64,000 bases of DNA from a candidate division WWE3 bacterium UBA1401 (GTDB lineage: Bacteria; Patescibacteriota; WWE3; UBA101185; UBA10185), in contig DBQF01000001.1 in assembly GCA_002305115.1 (NCBI GenBank), positions 92,447 through 156,446 on the forward strand, in the 5' to 3' direction. Below are positions 38,152-47,095 of the stretch, one piece after another. Numbering within the stretch: position 1 is the first letter of the stretch; each line of letters starts with the position of its first letter. The notes under the pieces were generated by a model. It ran no database searches, was not told the origin of the DNA, and worked only from the letters and a program-made list of their open reading frames with translations. Made by a program: the position numbers and the translations under genes.

Positions 38152-38207
38152 AAACCTAAAGAAAACATAGCGCCTCTTAACAGAGGCGCTATAATGTTTA
38201 GTACTAT

Positions 38208-38486
38208 ATGCCAAGACCAAAAGCACCAAGACGAATAAAATTTAATCCTGATGTCTATTACTTCAAGCCGCGTGGTGTTCCCATGCGTGTGCTGGAAGAA
38301 GTTATACTAAAGCCTGATGAACTGGAAGCACTAAAACTATACGAAGTTGATGGTCTGGATCAGATAACTTCAGCTGCGCACATGCATATTTCCCAGCCCA
38401 CTTTTGCTCGTATCTTATCCAGCGCACACAAAAAGATTGCCGAAGCTATTATATTTGGTAAAGCAATTAGGATAGAAGAGCTTTAA
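38208..38486 (+). CDS. DUF134/UPF0251 DNA-binding protein
   Basis: MPRPK..R, YFKP.GVP, DELEAL.L, M.ISQPTF.RIL.SA.KKIA.A. Confidence 0.9.
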   Translation: MPRPKAPRRIKFNPDVYYFKPRGVPMRVLEEVILKPDELEALKLYEVDGLDQITSAAHMHISQPTFARILSSAHKKIAEAIIFGKAIRIEEL

Positions 38487-40326
38487 ACTGCGTCTCGTCC
38501 AAGGTTTCCACTTCCAGTAGTTTGCTTGCTACTTTATCTAATGCCTCTTTATTTTCTGCCAACACGTCCTTGGCTTTTTTAAATGCCTTGCTGATAATTT
38601 CCTTTACTTCCTTATCAATCTGTGCTGCCATATCCTGGCTGTAACCTACACCTTCGTTCATTTGTCTTGCTAACCAATCCCCGCCGTTTTTACCTTCGTA
38701 CGAAATCGGTCCTAACTCGCTCATACCGTACTCTGTAACCATTTTTCTGGCAAGTTCTGTTGCTTTATCAATATCATCTGCTGCGCCTACGGTTAATTCA
38801 TTGAATACTAGTTCTTCTGCCGCTCTTCCTCCCAACATCATACTGATAATAGAAGTTAGTCTGGTTTTGGTTTCATTATATCTGTCTCTTTCTGGTGGTA
38901 AGCTGGTATGTCCGAGGGATGCCCCCCTAGCTACAATGGAAATTCGGTAAACTGGATCCATTTCCGGTACATTAGCTGCCACAATGGCATGGCCTGCTTC
39001 GTGATAAGCTGTTAATTTGCGCTCATCTTCTGTCTGTAAAGTTTTTCTTTCTGATCCCATGGTCACTTTTAAGGCTGCTTCTTCAATATCTGCCGGGGTG
39101 ATCTTTTCTCTAGATTCACGGGCTGCCAGAATAGCTGCTTCGTTTAGCATGTTTTCTATGTCTGCTCCGCTAAAACCCACAGTCTTTTTTGCCACTTTTT
39201 CTATGTTTACATCTTCAGTGAAGGGTTTACCCCGCATGTGGATTTTTATTATTTCCTCTCTCTCTTTAAGATCCGGCAGGGGAATTGTAATTCTTCTATC
39301 AAATCTGCCGGGTCTTACCAAAGCAGGGTCTAGCATATCTGGTCTATTTGTTGCGGCTAACACAATGACTGCAGTTCTTTCATCAAATCCGTCCATTTCA
39401 ATAAGAATTTGGTTAAGCGTTTGTTCCCGTTCATCGTGGCCTCCTCCAATCCCCATACCGCGCTGTCTGCCAATAGCATCTATCTCATCAATGAAAATTA
39501 AGCTAGGTTGTGTGGTTTTTGCCATTTTAAATAAATCTCTAGCTCTAGCGCTTCCTACACCTACAAGCATTTCCATGAATTCGCTTCCTGCCACACTGAA
39601 AAACGGAACACCGGCTTCTCCCGCAATAGCTTTCGCCAGCAAAGTCTTACCTACCCCAGAAGGTCCTACAAGTAAAATACCTTTAGGAATTCTTGCACCA
39701 AGTTTTGCGTATTTATCAGGGTGTTTTAGGAAGTCAACAATTTCCTGCATTTCCCGTTTTGCCTCATCTGCACCCGCCACGTCGTTGAAAGTTATTTTAG
39801 ACCTATCTTTTGTGAATAGTCTTGCTCTAGATTTTCCAAAAGACAAAATATCCCCGCTAGAGCTACGCATCTGTCTGACTATAAAGAACAGGAATAAGAT
39901 GGGTAGGCCGAACGTTAACACTGTAGTGATTATTTGATCTAAGGCAATTGGGTGTTCTACTCGTAGCTCTCCGGCAATGCTGGCAATGTCTACATCGTTA
40001 TCGGCCAGGATTTCCGAAAAGCTAATACCGCTTTCTTTTTCCGAAGTAAACTGAGTGCCGTCTTGTAAGGTAACTTCAATAGTATCGCCTGAAACAGTAA
40101 TGTCTTGGACTTTGCCTTCTTTGATAAGCTGTACAGTTTCGCTGATGGGTTTTTGTTCTATGCCCAGACCATTTTGGAAAACAAAGCCAAAAACCGCATA
40201 GAAAATAAAAATCAGAAAAACATAGAAAAAGATATTGCTAAATAAGCCTTTTGGTTTTTGATCTTGCAGCATCGGAAGTTTAGTTTTAGCGCTTTTGCTC
40301 TTTTTATTCTTAGTGTTCTTTGGCAT
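38467..40326 (-). CDS. ftsH: ATP-dependent zinc metalloprotease FtsH
   Basis: 2 TM segments, GPSGVGKT, FIDEIDAIGR, ATNRPD.LDPAL.RPGRFDR, HEAGH. Confidence 0.98.
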   Translation of the reverse strand: MPKNTKNKKSKSAKTKLPMLQDQKPKGLFSNIFFYVFLIFIFYAVFGFVFQNGLGIEQKPISETVQLIKEGKVQDITVSGDTIEVTLQDGTQFTSEKESGISFSEILADNDVDIASIAGELRVEHPIALDQIITTVLTFGLPILFLFFIVRQMRSSSGDILSFGKSRARLFTKDRSKITFNDVAGADEAKREMQEIVDFLKHPDKYAKLGARIPKGILLVGPSGVGKTLLAKAIAGEAGVPFFSVAGSEFMEMLVGVGSARARDLFKMAKTTQPSLIFIDEIDAIGRQRGMGIGGGHDEREQTLNQILIEMDGFDERTAVIVLAATNRPDMLDPALVRPGRFDRRITIPLPDLKEREEIIKIHMRGKPFTEDVNIEKVAKKTVGFSGADIENMLNEAAILAARESREKITPADIEEAALKVTMGSERKTLQTEDERKLTAYHEAGHAIVAANVPEMDPVYRISIVARGASLGHTSLPPERDRYNETKTRLTSIISMMLGGRAAEELVFNELTVGAADDIDKATELARKMVTEYGMSELGPISYEGKNGGDWLARQMNEGVGYSQDMAAQIDKEVKEIISKAFKKAKDVLAENKEALDKVASKLLEVETLDETQFKALLS

Positions 40327-40344
40327 GACGTAGGGGATTATAGC

Positions 40345-41349
40345 TCAATATTTTGGCAATTGCATCCTTTCTTTTGCCAGTTCCAGAGTTGCTTTTGCTT
40401 CTTTTTTGGTTGTTATCACGCCCTCTTCAAGTATATTCTTTACTTCATCTATGTGGTTTTCATAGTAGGTATAGCGCTCTCTGATGGGCGCAATATAGGT
40501 ATCTAGGGCGCTTACAAGTTTTTCCTTAACTTCTACATCGCCTACAGTACCTTTGGTGTAGCGTTCTTTTAAATCTGAAACCTCTTCTTTATTGGGGTTA
40601 AAAGTGTCGTGATAAATAAATACCGGGTTGCCCTCCACTTTACCGGGATCAGTTGGGTGAATTCTATTGGGGTCTGTATACATATGCATGACTTTTTCTT
40701 TTAATGCCTCCGGGGATTCATCTAGATAAATGGTGTTGCCTAACGATTTAGACATCTTTGTGTTTCCGTCAGTGCCTACTAGTCTTCTTACTTCACCTAC
40801 CAGGGCTTCGGGTTCTTTAAAAGTTTTTCCATATGTATTGTTAAATTTTCTAGCAAGTTCCTTAGTAAGTTCTATGTGTGGCAACTGATCTTCACCGACT
40901 GGGACAAGATCTGCCTGAACGCACAAAATGTCGGCTGCTTGCAGGTTTGGGAAATTAATAAAACCCAAAGAATAGTTGTCACCCATGCCCTTTTCTTTGA
41001 TTTCCTCTTTTATAGTGGGGTTGCGCAAGGCTCTGTTATGCGGGGTTAGCATGCTTAGGATGATTGCCAGTTCGTAAATTTCAGGAATGGCAGATTCGGG
41101 GAAGAAATGAGTCTTTTCAGGATCCAACCCGGCCGCCAGGTTACCAATAGTTACTTGAAGAATTGATTCTGATACTATTTCTGGTTTATCAACATATTTT
41201 GGATAGGCGAAGGAATGCATGTCTGCGATGATAATGAAGGTTTCGTATTCTTGCTGTAATTTTACCCTGTTTTCTAGCGAACCAACTAAATGGCCTATGT
41301 GGAGTTTACCTGTTGCGTTGTCTCCTGTAAGGATGCGCTTTTTGTTCAT
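40345..41349 (-). CDS. trpS: Tryptophanyl-tRNA synthetase
   Basis: HIGH, QAADIL, VPVGEDQ.PH.E, KMSKS. Confidence 0.97.
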   Translation of the reverse strand: MNKKRILTGDNATGKLHIGHLVGSLENRVKLQQEYETFIIIADMHSFAYPKYVDKPEIVSESILQVTIGNLAAGLDPEKTHFFPESAIPEIYELAIILSMLTPHNRALRNPTIKEEIKEKGMGDNYSLGFINFPNLQAADILCVQADLVPVGEDQLPHIELTKELARKFNNTYGKTFKEPEALVGEVRRLVGTDGNTKMSKSLGNTIYLDESPEALKEKVMHMYTDPNRIHPTDPGKVEGNPVFIYHDTFNPNKEEVSDLKERYTKGTVGDVEVKEKLVSALDTYIAPIRERYTYYENHIDEVKNILEEGVITTKKEAKATLELAKERMQLPKY

Positions 41350-41425
41350 GTGGCTATTATAGCAGGAATTGAGTTGGGGAATTGCGTCTCTACCCGGGCC
41401 CGTCCCTGATCAGATTGCCGTATTA

Positions 41426-41491
41426 GGTTGTTGTGTCAATGAAAGGCACGTTTGGCATAAGGGACCAGCCCCCAATCTTATAGGATATTGC
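41426..41491 (+). repeat. Dispersed ~65 bp repeat, copy A (inverted copy B at 50116-50180)
   Basis: Shared core TTTG(G/A)CATAAGGGACCA(G)CCCCCA..CTTATAG. Confidence 0.7.
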
Positions 41492-41539
41492 TTGAATTTG
41501 ATTTTTAAGGGTTTTGGCGCAGATGGTTATAGTAAGTAG

Positions 41540-41630
41540 TGGCTGCGCCATCCAAAGCGTTAGCAGTAATTGGTAGTGTTATTCCCAAACTAGTCCTTCT
41601 TCGCTACGAAGGACACCCGCCTGCGGCGGA
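41540..41630 (-). repeat. tRNA 3'-flanking ~95 bp element, copy 1
   Basis: Near-identical to 41778-41874 and 45147-45243; begins right after CCA. Confidence 0.9.
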
Positions 41631-41706
41631 TGGTGCCAACGGGTGGTCTCGAACCACCGGCCTGACGCTTATGAAACGTCCGCTCTAACCCCTGAGCTAC
41701 GTTGGC
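41631..41706 (-). tRNA. tRNA with CAT anticodon (elongator Met or Ile2)
   Basis: GCCAACG/CGTTGGC stem, GACGT-TT-CAT-AA-GCGTC, GGTTCGAGACC, ACCA. Confidence 0.92.
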
Positions 41707-41777
41707 GCAGCAACACTTGGGATTATACATGAACTTCGGTTGTAAAGAAAAGATTAATAAGGGGAGTCTGGATTTGT

Positions 41778-41874
41778 ATGGCCGTGCCATTCGAAGCGTT
41801 AGCAGTAATTGGTAGTGTTATTTCCAAACTAGTCCTTCTTCGCTACGCTACGAAGGACATCCGCCTGCGGCGGA
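41778..41874 (-). repeat. tRNA 3'-flanking ~95 bp element, copy 2
   Basis: See copy 1. Confidence 0.9.
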
Positions 41875-41948
41875 TGGTTGCGGGGTCCGGATTTGAACCG
41901 GAACCTTCAGATTATGAGCCTGACGAGGTACCATTCCTCCACCCCGCT
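41875..41948 (-). tRNA. Initiator tRNA-fMet (CAT)
   Basis: AGCGGGGTGGAG start with a 1:72 mismatch, TCAGG-CT-CAT-AA-TCTGA, GGTTCAAATCC, CCCCGCAACCA. Confidence 0.92.
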
Positions 41949-41986
41949 ATTAGTGACATAAATACTATCAGATCTGAGAAATATTG

Positions 41987-42349
41987 TCAAAAGAACAAAT
42001 CCAGCCAAATTTGATAGTTCTTCGCTTTTTGTTTGTTTGCAACAGGTTGTTGCAATGGTTCCTCAGCCTTGTAGCCAAGCGTTTCTGGCGAGAGGTATAC
42101 TTCTTCTCCAGGTTTAACAAGATTTAGTTCATTTCGCGCTTGTTCCTCAATATAATCATCTGTTTGTCTGTAAGTGATTTTTTCCGTCAGGTCTTGCTTT
42201 TCCTTCTGGAGAAGCTCTGCTTCTTTTTTCGTGTTTTCCAATCTTCTACTGCTTTCCAGAATGCGTAAGGTAGTGCGGGTGAAATTTACTGTAGCTATAA
42301 TAAAGAGTATTGATAGAATTATGTACTTTAGTTGAGCAGGAATTGCCAT
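41987..42349 (-). CDS. FtsB/DivIC septum formation initiator
   Basis: TM segment, coiled coil, YIEEQARNELNLVKPGE. Confidence 0.85.
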   Translation of the reverse strand: MAIPAQLKYIILSILFIIATVNFTRTTLRILESSRRLENTKKEAELLQKEKQDLTEKITYRQTDDYIEEQARNELNLVKPGEEVYLSPETLGYKAEEPLQQPVANKQKAKNYQIWLDLFF

Positions 42350-42452
42350 TAAGCTAATTTTAAGTTAAGGGTTGACTTTAATCAAGTTGTCCAGTATCCT
42401 ATAGGTAATTATTACATAAGTTTTGTGTTTTGGTCTAGAAGGGAAAATTTAA

Positions 42453-43316
42453 ATGAACTTAAGTGAAGCTCATAAGCTTTTTGTTGATCACTTGCGGGAA
42501 CTTGATAGAACCCGTTCTACTTTAATTGCATATGGAAAAGATATTGAACAATTGCTCAATTATCTCTCCAAACAAGGTGTTAATGACGTTAACGACGCCG
42601 AACTAAGCCATCTGCAAAGCTTTATGCAGAAGCTTGCGGACGATGGTTATACGGCTAAATCTATTTCCAGAAAAACTAACTCTACAAAAACCTTCTTTAA
42701 ATTTTTGAAAAGCGAGGGAATTGTGGATAAGGATGTAGCAGCCAATTTGAAACACCCTAAAGTGGAATCTAAGGCTCCTAGGATTTTGTCTAGATTGGAA
42801 TATAGGGCCCTAAGAGATGCTGCCAGAGATGACCCTAGAACATTTGCGATTATTGAAGTTTTACTTCAGACCGGTATAACGATTTCTGAACTTGCGGGCA
42901 TTAAGATGGAGCACATAAACTTTGATAATGGTACCCTGTATATTCCTGCAAGAGGATCTAAAGGTGAAAGAACAGTCCCTTTGAATAGGGCGGTTATTGA
43001 GGCTTTAAAGCAGTATATTGAGGAAGCTCGCCCTGATAAAGAGAGTGACTATTTGTTTATCACAAAAACCGGCAATCCGTTACTGGTCAGAAATATCAGG
43101 TCTACCATAGATAGGTACTTCAAGACCGCGGGTGTTCAGAATGCTAAAGTTAATGATTTAAGGCATACTTTTGCGGCACATAACTTGGAAAATGGTACCA
43201 GCTTGACTTATTTGTCTAAGGTGTTAGGCCACAAGCGTGTTTCTACAACCGAGAGGTATTTGCAGTTTATAGAAAAGAGTACTCAAGAAGAACGTCCCGA
43301 AATCGGTGTTCTATAA
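42453..43316 (+). CDS. XerC/XerD-like tyrosine recombinase with an atypical active site
   Basis: SAM-like N-domain, TGITISEL, K..RTVPL, NDLRHTFA, LGH...STT.RY. Confidence 0.88.
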   Translation: MNLSEAHKLFVDHLRELDRTRSTLIAYGKDIEQLLNYLSKQGVNDVNDAELSHLQSFMQKLADDGYTAKSISRKTNSTKTFFKFLKSEGIVDKDVAANLKHPKVESKAPRILSRLEYRALRDAARDDPRTFAIIEVLLQTGITISELAGIKMEHINFDNGTLYIPARGSKGERTVPLNRAVIEALKQYIEEARPDKESDYLFITKTGNPLLVRNIRSTIDRYFKTAGVQNAKVNDLRHTFAAHNLENGTSLTYLSKVLGHKRVSTTERYLQFIEKSTQEERPEIGVL

Positions 43317-43319
43317 TCC

Positions 43320-45131
43320 TTAAGTTCTAAATCTGGCGTAAATGCGGACGGTGGATTTACCGATCTTTTCCTGCTTATAAATCTCGACAGGTGACAGCTC
43401 TGATGTATTTTCCACATGGGGGCCACCACAAAACTCTTTGCTTACTGCTTTTTCCAAACTAGTTCCCACATAATAAACCTTTACACTTTCACCGTACTTT
43501 TCTGTGAACAACTGCAGCGCTCCAGACTTTTCTGCCTCTTCTTTTGGTAAGACCTTATACTTTACTGGCAGCTGCTTTGCAATCAGGTCATTTACCAAGT
43601 TTTCCACGTTGAGAAGTTCCTCATCTGTTAATTTCTCGTTATGGGAAAAGTCGAATCTTAGCCTTTCTCCTGTGATATTACTGCCTTGTTGCGTTACGTG
43701 TTCACCCAATACTTGTCTTAACGCCCAATGTACTAGATGTGTAGCCGTGTGATATTTTTTACTTAGTTCACTCTGATCTGCTAAGCCTCCAGCAAACTTT
43801 TGTTCCGCGCCTTTCCTGGAAAGTTCCTGATGTTTAGTAATTTCTTCTTTAAATTTTGCGAAGAACTGCTTTTTATCTACAATAAAGCCTACGTCGACAA
43901 TATCTTCCAGGAAAAGTTCTTCGGGATACCCTGATGACTGATATAGTCTGAATGCTTCCTCTGCTAACTCTTCTTCAGAGGGTTGGGTAAGTTTAGGTAA
44001 AAGCTTTTCTACCTGTTTTGACCCAGTTTCTAACATTTTTCTGAATTTTGTTTCTTCTTGGGCAAACAGCTCTTTAATACTATTTGCTTGTTGGGGTAGC
44101 TGTGGGTATAGCCAGGCTAACATCTCTGTTACTGTATCAACAAGTTGAATAGATAAGTCTTGGTTTATACCCATTTTCTTACCTATTCTGATCATTTTTC
44201 TCAGCAATCTTCGCAAGATATACCCTTGATCCTTATTAGAAGGTTCCACGCCATCCATGGCCAACAAGGTTGCCGATCTTATATGGTCTGCAATTTTTCT
44301 GAAATTCTTTTTGTCTTCCTCATAAACCTTGCCTGATAATTTCTGAAGTTTTTCAATAATTGGCCAAAAATTATCGGTCTGGAAAATATCCTGTTTGTCC
44401 TGAGTAACCAGTGCCCACCTTTCCAGGCCACCGCCAAAATCGATATTCTTTTGCGCAAGCTCTTCCCAACCTCTATCTGTTTTTACGTATTGCATGAATA
44501 CGCTATTACCGATTTCCAGAAAATCTATGTCGTTAGCGGTAGGATCTTGCCCCAATCCTGTGCCCTCTTTGCCTATGTAATAAAAGGTTTCGCTGTCCGG
44601 ACCACCCAGTTCACCGATGGCATCGCCTCTTTGCCACCAATTATCCTTTTTCCCGCACGGAAAAATGTGCCCTTCCGGGTTTACACCATAGCTCTTAAAG
44701 ATATTTTCCAGAATTGTTATTGCTTCAGTGTCTTTTGGAATAGATTCCTCACCTGCAAATACCGTAGCGTATAGCCTGTTGGGGTCAAGATCTAAGACAT
44801 TAATATAGAAGTCGTAAATCCAGGTGAGTTGCTCATGCTTAAAATAGTCGCCTAAGCTCCAGTTACCGAGCATATGGAACACTGTAGTGTGGCGGTTTGT
44901 TTCACCAACATTTTCAATGTCGTCAAGTCTTAAGGATCTTTGAATATTAACTAGTCTTTTTCCTTGAGGGTGCGTTTCCCCCATTAGAAAGGGTACTAGC
45001 GGAAACATACCCGAATTGACGAAGAGTAGAGTAGGGTCGTTTTCGGGAATAAGAGATGCGTTGGGAATTTGTATGTGCCCTTTGGTTTTGAAGTAGTTTA
45101 TATATTTGTTGTAGATTTCTTGCGATTTCAT
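43320..45131 (-). CDS. alaS: Alanyl-tRNA synthetase, short form (603 aa, no C-Ala domain)
   Basis: DPTLLFVNSGM, MLGNWS.GDYFK, GGGLER, HTATHL, EFCGGPH. Confidence 0.96.
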   Translation of the reverse strand: MKSQEIYNKYINYFKTKGHIQIPNASLIPENDPTLLFVNSGMFPLVPFLMGETHPQGKRLVNIQRSLRLDDIENVGETNRHTTVFHMLGNWSLGDYFKHEQLTWIYDFYINVLDLDPNRLYATVFAGEESIPKDTEAITILENIFKSYGVNPEGHIFPCGKKDNWWQRGDAIGELGGPDSETFYYIGKEGTGLGQDPTANDIDFLEIGNSVFMQYVKTDRGWEELAQKNIDFGGGLERWALVTQDKQDIFQTDNFWPIIEKLQKLSGKVYEEDKKNFRKIADHIRSATLLAMDGVEPSNKDQGYILRRLLRKMIRIGKKMGINQDLSIQLVDTVTEMLAWLYPQLPQQANSIKELFAQEETKFRKMLETGSKQVEKLLPKLTQPSEEELAEEAFRLYQSSGYPEELFLEDIVDVGFIVDKKQFFAKFKEEITKHQELSRKGAEQKFAGGLADQSELSKKYHTATHLVHWALRQVLGEHVTQQGSNITGERLRFDFSHNEKLTDEELLNVENLVNDLIAKQLPVKYKVLPKEEAEKSGALQLFTEKYGESVKVYYVGTSLEKAVSKEFCGGPHVENTSELSPVEIYKQEKIGKSTVRIYARFRT

Positions 45132-45146
45132 TTTTTATTTCTGAAG

Positions 45147-45243
45147 ATGGCTGTGCCATCCAAAGCATTAACAGTAGTTGGTAGTGCTATTGTCAAACTA
45201 GTCCTTCTTTGCTACGCTACGAAGGACATCCGCCTGCGGCGGA
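45147..45243 (-). repeat. tRNA 3'-flanking ~95 bp element, copy 3
   Basis: See copy 1; lies between tRNA-Cys and the alaS start. Confidence 0.9.
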
Positions 45244-45318
45244 TGGAGGCGCAGGAGGGAATCGAACCCTCGCGTCGAGGTTTTGCAGACCCCAGCGTTT
45301 CCACTTCGCCACTGCGCC
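45244..45318 (-). tRNA. tRNA-Cys (GCA)
   Basis: GGCGCAG/CTGCGCC stem, GGGGT-CT-GCA-AA-ACCTC, U73 discriminator, CCA. Confidence 0.96.
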
Positions 45319-45393
45319 AAATATTCACTTCAGTGTTGCCATTTTACCACTCACGTGGTAATTTATCCTTAATAACTTTGTCGTTATTTACCT

Positions 45394-46536
45394 ATGCAAA
45401 ACTTAGGCAAAAGCAAATTTCCGTCTGCCCTATTATATGTTCTAACTCTAGCCTTACTAGTAGGCGGTGTGATTTATTTCTTCAAAGATGATCTGACTTC
45501 TATTTCCATATTTAGCGGTAATGCTGGTTTAATTGTAGACAGTTTTTATGAAGAAGCTGAAGTTTATATAGATGGCAAACAAGCCGGTACTACTCCTTAT
45601 GAGACAGAAGATATCAGCGCCAAAGAACACACTATCAGATTAAAAAATGAGTCAAATGCGTATGAAACTTCCATAAATTTTCTTAAGGGTACACAAGTAG
45701 CAGTAAACAGAGATACTGGTGTTTCCGAAGTTTTTTCTTCCGGGCAAAATTTCTGGATTGAACAAAACGGTGCAGAAGTATTAACCGTTATTTCAGATCC
45801 TGCAGGTGCCAGTGTTTATATAGATAACACTGAGGTTGGTAAAACACCTTATTCGGTAGATAACTTAAGTGTTGGTGAATATGATCTGCGTGTTAGCTAT
45901 CCGGGTTACGAAGTTCAAAATACTCGTATTAACATTCAAAAAGGTTATAAACTTAACGCTTCTTTTGATTTGTTTCCACTTCCCGTGCCTCCAAAAGTGG
46001 AAGAATTTGCAGACTCCGGTGGCCTCTATCAAGTAATCTCAGATAATTCTTCTGTTACTGCAGACCCTGTCACTTGGGTGGCAGGCATTTTGTATTGGAA
46101 TAAAACCCGCGGTATAAACCTTGCAGGTATGGGTTTAAATAAAGAACCGGTTTTCGACTACTTTATAGATTACAAAGGGTTTCTCTATGATGCCTCCGGT
46201 ACTTTGGTTACAGACCCTTCCGCGCTTACAGATATTGAACAAGGTGCCTATTTAGGCAGATATTCCGATGGTACAACTCTGACCAAAGAAGCCTCCACAA
46301 CTTTCCAGGCTCTTTTCGGTAAAACTACAGGAGGCAAGCAGGCAAAAATCTTGGCTACTGGTGTGGGTTGGCTTAGAGTCCGCGGCGGTCCTGGCATTAG
46401 TTACGACGAAGTTAGCAAAGTTAATGTTGGTGAGAGTTTTGCTGTTTTGGAAGAAGCCAGCGGTTGGGCAAAAATTCAGGTTTCAGACGAACTTACAGGT
46501 TGGGTTTCTACAGATTACGTAGAGCTCACTGAGTAA
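45394..46536 (+). CDS. PEGA-domain protein with a C-terminal SH3b domain
   Basis: AEVYIDG...GTTP, SDPAGASVYID..VGKTP, WLRVR.GPG, GWVS.DYV. Confidence 0.88.
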   Translation: MQNLGKSKFPSALLYVLTLALLVGGVIYFFKDDLTSISIFSGNAGLIVDSFYEEAEVYIDGKQAGTTPYETEDISAKEHTIRLKNESNAYETSINFLKGTQVAVNRDTGVSEVFSSGQNFWIEQNGAEVLTVISDPAGASVYIDNTEVGKTPYSVDNLSVGEYDLRVSYPGYEVQNTRINIQKGYKLNASFDLFPLPVPPKVEEFADSGGLYQVISDNSSVTADPVTWVAGILYWNKTRGINLAGMGLNKEPVFDYFIDYKGFLYDASGTLVTDPSALTDIEQGAYLGRYSDGTTLTKEASTTFQALFGKTTGGKQAKILATGVGWLRVRGGPGISYDEVSKVNVGESFAVLEEASGWAKIQVSDELTGWVSTDYVELTE

Positions 46537-47095
46537 TAAACACTTCATGCCATTCCAGCAGATCGGGTCTTATTACTTTTATTTGTTCCACACTTTGAGC
46601 AAATTCTGTTGTTAATCCTAGTTTTTGTTCATACTTGGCTATATCAACTAATGTTCCCACGTCATTTGGAAAACGGTGTTTTAGTTCCGACAAGTATTGT
46701 TTGGCAATAGCAATGTATTTTTGGTCTAGATTATTTTGTGTGGTTGGCTGGTAAATATCTTCTACTGACAAAAAATAATATAAGGGTATGTTGTTACGCA
46801 AAGTAGCTAAGTTATTAGGATTCAGTTCATACGCTTTTGTTAAGTCTGCCAAAGCTTTGTCTTTCTTTCCCAAAACAATGTAAATTCTTGCACGCTGTCT
46901 GTAATAATAAGGTTCTTGAGGATTTAGTCTGATGGCTTTATTAGCTACTTCGAGACCTGTTTCGGTTTTTGTTTGTTCTAAAGCTATCTCAGCTTTTGTT
47001 ATAAGTATATCTGCCTTATAAAGTTGAGTTGTTTTTATAATGAAACCTGCTCCAATAGCCACTACGATTAAGCTAAGTATTAATTTGCTGCGCAT
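46526..47095 (-). CDS. TPR-repeat protein
   Basis: AIRLNP.EP.YY..RA, A..LNPNN; resembles the C-terminal part usually fused to O-antigen-ligase-like proteins. Confidence 0.7.
   Translation of the reverse strand: MRSKLILSLIVVAIGAGFIIKTTQLYKADILITKAEIALEQTKTETGLEVANKAIRLNPQEPYYYRQRARIYIVLGKKDKALADLTKAYELNPNNLATLRNNIPLYYFLSVEDIYQPTTQNNLDQKYIAIAKQYLSELKHRFPNDVGTLVDIAKYEQKLGLTTEFAQSVEQIKVIRPDLLEWHEVFITQ

Noticed and set aside
39017-39937. Long antisense ORFs (306 aa here; also 6674-7462 and 25776-26474)
   Set aside because: Shadows of well-supported genes on the opposite strand.
41590-42014. ORFs 41590-41790 and 41778-42014 (also 45069-45491) with shared peptide text
   Set aside because: They are translations through tRNAs and the flanking repeat, so the similarity is explained at the DNA level.
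43320-45131. Short AlaRS as a pseudogene or novelty
   Set aside because: The ORF is intact with aminoacylation and editing motifs, and short forms are known in reduced genomes.
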